Source: Candidatus Thorarchaeota archaeon (GTDB taxonomy: Archaea > Asgardarchaeota > Thorarchaeia > Thorarchaeales > Thorarchaeaceae). From it: a stretch of 64,000 nt of DNA. Positions within the stretch are counted from its first letter, which is position 1. Each line of letters starts with the position of its first letter. Position numbers and translations under genes: made by a program. Below, one piece after another: positions 57,487 through 64,000 of the stretch. The stretch spans positions 179,031 through 243,030 of the forward strand of contig JAOUFI010000001.1 in assembly GCA_029858305.1 (NCBI GenBank), read 5' to 3'. The notes beneath the pieces were generated by a model. That model was not told where the DNA came from. It worked only from the letters and a program-made list of their open reading frames with translations, and ran no database searches.

Positions 57487-58728
57487 GTGACCAGAAAATA
57501 CGCAGGACAATCAGAAGTAAGTATTGGTACATTAGGTCATGTTGACCATGGAAAGACAACGCTAGTTTCCTATATTACTGGAGAGTGGACTGATAGACAC
57601 TCAGATGAGATTAGGCGAGGTATTTCTATCCGACTTGGCTATGCGGCAACCACTCTAATGAAGTGTAAGAGCTGCCCTGAACCTGATATGTACACTACAT
57701 CCCATCTAGCAAAAGATGGCAAATGTAGTAAATGCGGAGGATCACTTGAGGTCTTGCGGGAAATCTCTTTTGTCGATAGCCCGGGTCATGAGTCTTTAAT
57801 GGCAACCTGTCTTAGTGGTGCTAGTCTAATGGACGGTGCAATCCTGGTGATTGCAGCAAATGAACCCTGCCCCATGCCACAGACTGCTGAGCATCTTCAT
57901 GCCTTAGAAATCGTGGGTGTAAAGAATCTCATCATAGTTCAAAACAAGATAGAACTTGTCACAAAAGAACAAGCTAAGAAACACTATCAACAGATAAAGA
58001 ACTTCGTGAAGGGTACAGTCGCTGAATCGGCACCAATTATACCCATTTCTGCGGTCTTTGGAGCTAATATTGATCTACTAATCAAGACAATTGAAGAAGT
58101 TATTCCGACACCTAAGCGTGCTGATGATGCACTTCCAAAGATGTTTGTTGCGCGCTCATTTGATATCAATCGCCCTGGAACATCTCCTGAGGAGATGCAT
58201 GGAGGAGTTGTAGGAGGGTCAGTAGTTCAGGGGAAATTAAAGGTTGGAGATGAGATAGAGATTTCACCCGGTGCAAAGGGCGAGAAAGGCTTCAAACCAA
58301 TCAGAGCCCGGGTTGTCAGTCTCTTATCCGGAAGTGGTAATTCTCTCCAGGAAGCTTACCCCGGTGGACTAATTGGTGTGGGTACTGGCTTAGATCCTGC
58401 ATCAACACGTGCAGATCGCCTTGTTGGTAATGTTATTGGTAAAGTAGGTAAGCTACCAAAGGTCATTGAAAAGCTGATGGTCAAACCAGTTTTGATGCAA
58501 AGGGTAGTGGGTATGGAGAGCCAGAAACAAGTAGAAAATCTCAAACTTAATGAACCGATGATGCTCGTCGTCGGAACAGCCTCCACTGTTGGTGTAATTA
58601 CAAGGTTACACGGAGAAGAGATTGAGCTAGCACTAAAACGTCCTGTTGTGGCTGAAAAGGGGCAACGTATTGCAATTGGTCGTCGTGTTGAGAACAAATG
58701 GCGATTGATTGGATATGCGGAAGTGTAA
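57487..58728 (+). CDS. eif2g: Translation initiation factor 2 gamma subunit
   Basis: GHVDHGKT, RGISIRLGYA, DSPGHE, QNKIE, WRLIGY. Confidence 0.97.
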   Translation: MTRKYAGQSEVSIGTLGHVDHGKTTLVSYITGEWTDRHSDEIRRGISIRLGYAATTLMKCKSCPEPDMYTTSHLAKDGKCSKCGGSLEVLREISFVDSPGHESLMATCLSGASLMDGAILVIAANEPCPMPQTAEHLHALEIVGVKNLIIVQNKIELVTKEQAKKHYQQIKNFVKGTVAESAPIIPISAVFGANIDLLIKTIEEVIPTPKRADDALPKMFVARSFDINRPGTSPEEMHGGVVGGSVVQGKLKVGDEIEISPGAKGEKGFKPIRARVVSLLSGSGNSLQEAYPGGLIGVGTGLDPASTRADRLVGNVIGKVGKLPKVIEKLMVKPVLMQRVVGMESQKQVENLKLNEPMMLVVGTASTVGVITRLHGEEIELALKRPVVAEKGQRIAIGRRVENKWRLIGYAEV

Positions 58729-58731
58729 GTA

Positions 58732-59136
58732 TTGCCTCTGGTTGTTGTACTTGATACCAATATACTGACGGTACCAGCTCAATTCGGAGTGGATATTTTT
58801 TCTGAAGCGGAGAGAATCCTCGAGAGAAATGTTGAGTTTATAGTTCTTGATTCTGTTGTAGTGGAGCTTGAGAGAAACCTCAAAACTGTAACTGGAAAGG
58901 AGGAAAGCTGGTTCAAAATAGCCCTGGACCTTGTTGAGAGATGCAAGGTCGTTAAAACAGTAGATACGCAGCAGAGTGTTCCTGTGGATGAGAGAATCTT
59001 ACAATATGCAAAATCCTCCAAAGGAGTCATTGCTACAAACGATAAAGGGCTCAAAGAACGTGCGATATCACAAGGAACTCCGGTTCTCTACCTCAGGAGC
59101 AAAAAACGACTTCAACTCATTGGATTCACTGCGTGA
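58732..59136 (+). CDS. PIN-domain protein (Fcf1/Utp24-like)
   Basis: LDTN, VVELE, DERI, ATND. Confidence 0.88.
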   Translation: MPLVVVLDTNILTVPAQFGVDIFSEAERILERNVEFIVLDSVVVELERNLKTVTGKEESWFKIALDLVERCKVVKTVDTQQSVPVDERILQYAKSSKGVIATNDKGLKERAISQGTPVLYLRSKKRLQLIGFTA

Positions 59137-59267
59137 GACCGTGTCACAACGTTTTTATGGTTTCCAAAGCGCTGAGCCGCTGAGCCGTCTGATTCAGACC
59201 CTAGGTTATACCAAGAGTCTGAAGTGTTCTGAGAAGAATTGTCCTATCGGGCGAGGAGCGTCTTAAG

Positions 59268-59858
59268 TTGTACAGTATAGTCACAGTAAAGGATGTCGTA
59301 CGTATTCCACCAGCGCAATTCGGATCGCCTATAGATGATGCAGCGATGATTCACTTGCGCAAACAGCATGAGAATGTCCTAGATCGCGATGTAGGCCTGA
59401 TGATTGCAGTGATCGGCATCGATGAGATTGGCCAGGGTCGTTTGATTCCTGGTGATGGAGCAACATACCATGCCGTGACCTATCGAGTACTTGTGTTCAA
59501 GCCGCTCCGAGGAGAACTCGTGGAAGGCAATGTTGTAGAACTGATGGACTTTGGAGCGTTTATTCGAATGGGGCCATTAGACGGTCTATGCCATGTCAGC
59601 CAGATATGCGATGACTTCATTACTCAAGATACAAAGGGAAGTGCACTTCTCGGTAAAGAAACTGGTCGGATGCTCTCTGAGGGAGATTTGGTTCGTGCCA
59701 GAGTTACATCAATCAGTTTCGAGTCCGGCAATAAGTCCGGTAAGCTAGGTCTCACTATGAGACAACCATTCCTTGGTAAGATTGGTCCAGACCAGTCATG
59801 GATTGAGGATGATGTAAAGGCAGCTCGCGGTGAAACAAAGAAGGAAAAGAAGAAGTAA
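59268..59858 (+). CDS. rpoE1: RNA polymerase subunit E' (Rpo7)
   Basis: VRIPP, PGDGA, FGAFIRMGPLDGLCHVSQI, LTMRQPFLGK. Confidence 0.96.
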   Translation: MYSIVTVKDVVRIPPAQFGSPIDDAAMIHLRKQHENVLDRDVGLMIAVIGIDEIGQGRLIPGDGATYHAVTYRVLVFKPLRGELVEGNVVELMDFGAFIRMGPLDGLCHVSQICDDFITQDTKGSALLGKETGRMLSEGDLVRARVTSISFESGNKSGKLGLTMRQPFLGKIGPDQSWIEDDVKAARGETKKEKKK

Positions 59859-59883
59859 CCGGGAGGGAAATGAAATAGCGAAA

Positions 59884-60087
59884 ATGAAAGCATGTAGAGC
59901 TTGTCACTACCTCACAAATGAGAGTATGTGTCCTAATTGTAAGAGTACTAGCCTTTCTACATCATACACAGGAATTGTGGTCATCCTCCCTGGAAAGAGT
60001 CTGCACGATGATCCAAGAAAGGACTCCTATGTCGCCTCACGGCTTAACATTGACAAACCTGGAAAATACGCATTAAAAGTTCGCTAG
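59884..60087 (+). CDS. spt4: Transcription elongation factor Spt4 (RpoE'')
   Basis: KACRAC...CPNC...PGKYALKVR. Confidence 0.93.
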   Translation: MKACRACHYLTNESMCPNCKSTSLSTSYTGIVVILPGKSLHDDPRKDSYVASRLNIDKPGKYALKVR

Positions 60088-60179
60088 GTCTTTTAACTTG
60101 TGTCACTGGTGAAAGCTTTATTAGACAACTCCAAGTCGACTGCCTGACCCCACAACTGATGAGGTCTGATTCTTAGCAA

Positions 60180-60488
60180 GTGATGCCAATGAAAATTGAA
60201 ATTCTTAAGGAAAAGGAAAACAAGCCCCTCGCGCGAAAAGAGATTGAGTTCAGGGTGGATCATACAGGTACGACTACGCCGAGTAGAGCTGATATCCGAG
60301 CTAAAATCATGGCACAATTTAACGCAGACGCTGCAGCAGTTGTGATTAAGAAGCTTGACACAACGTACGGAATCGGTATGACCACGGGTGTCGCAAGAAT
60401 CTATTCAACCCCTGAGCAAATGAACAAAATCGAGCTGGCTCATATTCAAAAGCGCCATGAGCCGAAGAAGAAGGAAGGTGCAGAGTAA
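60180..60488 (+). CDS. rps24e: 30S ribosomal protein eS24
   Basis: [18 protein letters not shown]...ARIY. Confidence 0.93.
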   Translation: MMPMKIEILKEKENKPLARKEIEFRVDHTGTTTPSRADIRAKIMAQFNADAAAVVIKKLDTTYGIGMTTGVARIYSTPEQMNKIELAHIQKRHEPKKKEGAE

Positions 60489-60649
60489 TGCCCAAGGCTC
60501 ATACTATGTACAAGGTCGATAAGTCTGGAAAAGTGACATCTAACAAGAGGGCGTGCCCCCGTTGTGAGAAAGGTACCTTCATGGCAGAACATTTCAATCG
60601 ATTCGCCTGTGGGCGCTGTGGATATTCTGAGTTCAAGCGAAAGGAATAG
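60488..60649 (+). CDS. rps27ae: 30S ribosomal protein eS31/S27ae (not in ORF track)
   Basis: [26 protein letters not shown]. Confidence 0.95.
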   Translation: MPKAHTMYKVDKSGKVTSNKRACPRCEKGTFMAEHFNRFACGRCGYSEFKRKE

Positions 60650-60702
60650 GCACACATCCCTTTACTACATATCAAGTACAACTTCTTCTAGTTGAAACTA
60701 GG

Positions 60703-60960
60703 TTATTCTCCCACTATTGCCATCACCCATCTGATAAAGAGGAGGACTCCAACAATCATTGTCAGAAGGATATCAGCCAAGAATGCCCCAGGTACGGTGA
60801 TCTCTAGGATTGCTGAGAGTATGAGCGCCACTGGAAAGGTCACTATGAATGGAAGAGTGGCAATCGTCAGGGAGACCTCCTCACTAGATACCATCACATT
60901 CACGAGCAGCACAATCCATATGGCATAGATTGCGATAAGGAGGGAAACTTCCAGTAGCAT
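60703..60960 (-). CDS. Small three-TM membrane protein
   Basis: Three hydrophobic segments; GGAG SD. Confidence 0.7.
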   Translation of the reverse strand: MLLEVSLLIAIYAIWIVLLVNVMVSSEEVSLTIATLPFIVTFPVALILSAILEITVPGAFLADILLTMIVGVLLFIRWVMAIVGE

Positions 60961-61089
60961 TGTGTCTGTTCTCCGCGAAAGAGTTCGTATTCCTATGATA
61001 GAACAATGTGTGTATCACAGGAGGAATTAATCAACCATTGATTAGCCAAGCCCCTTTTCAGCTCATATAATGGCCGTTAAACAATTGGT

Positions 61090-61497
61090 CTAGATACTAG
61101 CACCACAATTCTCGCACTTTCGAGTGTCTTCCTCGTTCCTATGACCGCAATAGGGGCAGGAGAGGAGCACAGTCTTCTTCTCTTCGTCAGTGAGTGAGAT
61201 GCTCTTTATTCCCAGGCGTTGCATGGTCTCGACAAGCTCGGTCTCATCCATGTCTGTAATTGGCTTGCCAACCTCGCTCTCGATACTCTCTGCATCATCA
61301 TGCTTGAGCTTCACAGCCTTATCTGTACCTGCTATCATATATAGAAGGGCAGAACCAACGCTGAGGCGCAGCAATCGTCGAGCAACTCGTCTTCCAAGAG
61401 GACGTCGAGCATGAAGAAACGATCTCCTGACACCTCCGTTTCTTCGACCAGGATCTCTTCTTCTACCTCTACCTCTCATTCTTTTGTCACTTCTCAA
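61090..61497 (-). CDS. Arg-rich protein with C-terminal zinc ribbon
   Basis: Basic N-terminus; CPYC-x10-CENC. Confidence 0.75.
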   Translation of the reverse strand: MRSDKRMRGRGRRRDPGRRNGGVRRSFLHARRPLGRRVARRLLRLSVGSALLYMIAGTDKAVKLKHDDAESIESEVGKPITDMDETELVETMQRLGIKSISLTDEEKKTVLLSCPYCGHRNEEDTRKCENCGASI

Positions 61498-61604
61498 GCT
61501 TCATTCTCAAATTATGGTTATAATGCTTCGTGAATGATTCGTACATGACTCCTTAGAAGTCGCTCTATGAATAACTTCGACACGTTTCCACATACTATCT
61601 CGAT

Positions 61605-62204
61605 TCACACTCCAAGCATGATGTCATATTTCGAAGCAACCTCTTTCGCAAGTGATTGCCACGTGTCCTCATCACAGTGGAACAATCTGGGTCGTTTCAA
61701 GTAATCCTCAAGGTAAGACATTGCAGGGAACCAAGAAAGAAATAGAGAAATCCCCAAAAGGAAAATCCAAGAATAAGTCAAAGAATACTCTAGTGGTATA
61801 AGCAAGCCATACAACAACATAACAATAGAGGCCGCAATCAAAGGCGAAAAAAAGATAACAAATCCGCGTATAGTTGGGTATTTAATTTCAGAAGAAAAAA
61901 GAATAGAGTGTCCCTTCGGAATGAGAATGACTGCGGGTACCACCCTGTTCTCTTCACGTCTTGCATCTCGCCCTGCCACTATGACCGCATCACCAATCTC
62001 GACTGGAGGCTTTCCCCTAGAGTAGAGTCCCACAAGACTTCTAACCTTCCCTCTGCTGACATAGAATCCTCTTGTGAGCCTCTCTGGGTCTACAATATCA
62101 ATTGTATCGAATCCTTCAACCGTCGCTTCAAAAGCATACTCAGTCCCATAGTCCTCACAGAACTGTCGGAATTTGGTGAGCAGCTTCTGATCTCCCATCT
62201 CCAC
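61605..62204 (-). CDS. Membrane protein, possible N-terminal OB-like domain
   Basis: EIGDAVIVAG pattern followed by two TM helices. Confidence 0.65.
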   Translation of the reverse strand: MEMGDQKLLTKFRQFCEDYGTEYAFEATVEGFDTIDIVDPERLTRGFYVSRGKVRSLVGLYSRGKPPVEIGDAVIVAGRDARREENRVVPAVILIPKGHSILFSSEIKYPTIRGFVIFFSPLIAASIVMLLYGLLIPLEYSLTYSWIFLLGISLFLSWFPAMSYLEDYLKRPRLFHCDEDTWQSLAKEVASKYDIMLGV

Positions 62205-62339
62205 TCAACACACCTTCTACTCAGAACTAGATAAGCCTGCCTGCACTACTCAGCACCCTCTACTAATAACTTCAAACTTCCAAAACATTAACATTCTTTA
62301 TCGTCAAGTGATATCGAGATAGAACTGCGTGTTCGGGGG

Positions 62340-63632
62340 TTGGCTTCGATTAGAGGCAATCGAAAATTGAATCTCGTTGCTTTGGTATTGATGGGGTGCT
62401 CGCTCTGCATGCCTCTCATTCAGCCTGCCACATCAGATGATATGACACTCAGGATACTCTCATCATCGCTTCCATCACAGGAGTCAGAGATCAAGACTTG
62501 GCACCATGACTGTTCGAACACGTCTGGATTTCAATATGGAGAGTTACCAAGACGTTTTCCCATAGGAATGAGTAGCTATACTGTTGTGAATACAGAGGGA
62601 GTTCTCGAATCTGATGGACAATGTCTTTACACAACAAATATCTCAACTCTTCAGAGTGATTACAGTTGGGTTCATTATGGTCCAACCTTCATATGCGATC
62701 TACCGGATGCATTTCCAGTCGCTGGACTCCGGAACTTCAGTGTCCAAATCGAACTGGTCAATTCGAATCCTGAAGCGCGCGGAGCAGCTGCAATAGGGCT
62801 CTTTGATGATACTCTTAGTCCCATTCTGATTGCAAGCTGTCGAGATATATATCCAGAAACCCAGGGGGATTTGACCTGGAAGTATCATCCAAGAAATTCT
62901 TCATTCTTCTATTATTACCTAGGCAGAGACGACAATAACTATTCGATATTCAATTTTGACTGGAATATGGATTTTGTAAACTCAACTTTGAGCGCAACTT
63001 ATTCACACGGGCAAGGATTATGGGGGAAAATCCCAGCCTATCTTACTCTGAACAGCACAATTGTTATGGAAAATGATGTGGAATGGTATAGGCCAATTAG
63101 GTACCTGGTATTTACTGTTGTAGGACTTTATGGCTACGAATATTTTCCGATTCCATCATTCCGTTTTCATGATATCTATCTTGAGTACGAGATAGGTGGT
63201 ATTATCGATACATCGCCTCCGTCGCTGACCCCTCAGCCTGACAAGGTGTACATTCGAGGCGAAACTGGAAACACCATATCATGGGAGTGCTATGATGACC
63301 ACCCATACAGATACTGGTTGCTTGACAGTCTACATTATTCGTATACTGGTGTGTCTCTTTCAGAGGAAGGTCTCTGGAATAGCTCTCGTTTTGATGTGTC
63401 CATTGATGGACTTAGAGTAGGGACCTATTTCTTCGAATTATGTCTTCAAGACCGAGGCGGGTTTATTGTCACAGATTGGGTCGAGGTGCAGGTCGTTGAA
63501 AATTCACTTCTCCCCACGGTCATCATTGATAGCTTCCTGCTCATTCTTATTCTCTGTATGGTGGCTCTTGTATGTGTTCTTGACCAAAGGGGTAGGAGAA
63601 AGACTGCAAACTTACAAGAGGGCCAGCCATAA
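62340..63632 (+). CDS. Secreted/surface-anchored glycoprotein
   Basis: Signal peptide, many NxS/T sequons, Ig-like repeat (GETGNTISW...DGLRVGTY), C-terminal TM plus basic tail. Confidence 0.8.
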   Translation: MASIRGNRKLNLVALVLMGCSLCMPLIQPATSDDMTLRILSSSLPSQESEIKTWHHDCSNTSGFQYGELPRRFPIGMSSYTVVNTEGVLESDGQCLYTTNISTLQSDYSWVHYGPTFICDLPDAFPVAGLRNFSVQIELVNSNPEARGAAAIGLFDDTLSPILIASCRDIYPETQGDLTWKYHPRNSSFFYYYLGRDDNNYSIFNFDWNMDFVNSTLSATYSHGQGLWGKIPAYLTLNSTIVMENDVEWYRPIRYLVFTVVGLYGYEYFPIPSFRFHDIYLEYEIGGIIDTSPPSLTPQPDKVYIRGETGNTISWECYDDHPYRYWLLDSLHYSYTGVSLSEEGLWNSSRFDVSIDGLRVGTYFFELCLQDRGGFIVTDWVEVQVVENSLLPTVIIDSFLLILILCMVALVCVLDQRGRRKTANLQEGQP

Positions 63633-63756
63633 GACAACCGTGCAGGGGTATTCTGTATGACTGTAGATCAGTTATCCACATTAGTCTAATGACCCAACCT
63701 GAACCAGTCCTACGAATAACTTTAAAACTCACAACCGCTCCCTTCCCTCTAACCAT

Positions 63757-63886
63757 AGCGGGTTGGGGAAGCCAGGCCTATCCCGCGGGGCTCATAGGAG
63801 CCTCGTAGCTCGGAGAAACCCCGAGATCGGTGGTTCATCTTGGCATGATTTCCATGTCAAGGACCAAAATCCACTACCCGCTACCA
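63757..63886 (+). tRNA. Initiator tRNA-Met(CAT) with two introns (37/38 63797..63817; T-loop 57/58 63838..63867)
   Basis: A1-T72 pair, GGG/CCC anticodon stem, BHB GGTT-CAT...GACC-AAA, CCA; TTTAAAA box upstream. Confidence 0.92.
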
Positions 63887-63970
63887 TCTTCTTTTCTTTT
63901 TCATTTGATTAACCAAACAGTTTTGAACAAGCTCAGCCAAGATTTAGCATTCTTTTGGAGGACAGGGAAC

Positions 63971-64000
63971 ATGCCGTCGTTATATGATCCCAAAGCGATA
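63971..64000 (+). CDS. Possible gene start truncated by window edge
   Basis: GGAGG upstream, ATG CCG TCG TTA TAT...; only 10 codons visible. Confidence 0.3.
   Translation, partial: MPSLYDPKAI

Noticed and set aside
59170-59186. GCTGAGCC tandem repeat in rpoE1 leader
   Set aside because: Only two 8-bp units; compatible with chance
60488-60649. Ubiquitin fusion on S27ae (and on S30e at 32110)
   Set aside because: Both genes start directly with the ribosomal domain
1-64000. CRISPR array, cas genes, transposase or integrase
   Set aside because: No regularly spaced repeats or catalytic motifs of these families seen
1-64000. Selenocysteine/pyrrolysine read-through genes
   Set aside because: No recognised gene needed an in-frame TGA/TAG; tRNA at 27487 has anticodon TGA (Ser), not TCA

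Overview
Archaeal chromosomal window, most likely an Asgard archaeon (Thorarchaeia-like; inferred from gene content such as Mch, RPC34/TFEbeta, SmAP3, S30e, cdrS-ftsZ, LRR protein and intron-rich tRNAs). It is mostly core information-processing genes (rpl3-4-23-2, nop5-flpA, rps6e-aIF2g-PIN-rpoE-spt4-rps24e-rps27ae, trm1, rlmE, srp19, gar1, elp3, pelota, dnaG, rnhB), pyrimidine genes, a stand-alone 5S rRNA and five tRNA genes that all carry BHB-type introns (7 introns, 4 at non-canonical positions). Best leads: (1) an unclassified ~285-nt, pseudoknotted, G-U-supported non-coding RNA candidate with its own TATA box between map and dnaG; (2) a HypD-like glycyl radical enzyme whose catalytic CxE motif is CVT; (3) a protease-less, soluble LonB-type AAA+ ATPase ending in an HbYX-like YFF tail next to pelota; (4) two tRNA genes with T-loop introns that are each followed by a 22-nt, intron-less copy of their own 3' end (att-like scars) flanking a single cargo gene, plus a similar 3'-end duplication of a cyclophilin gene; (5) a ferredoxin that can only start at ATT. 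All calls are made by eye from sequence motifs; no database searches were run.
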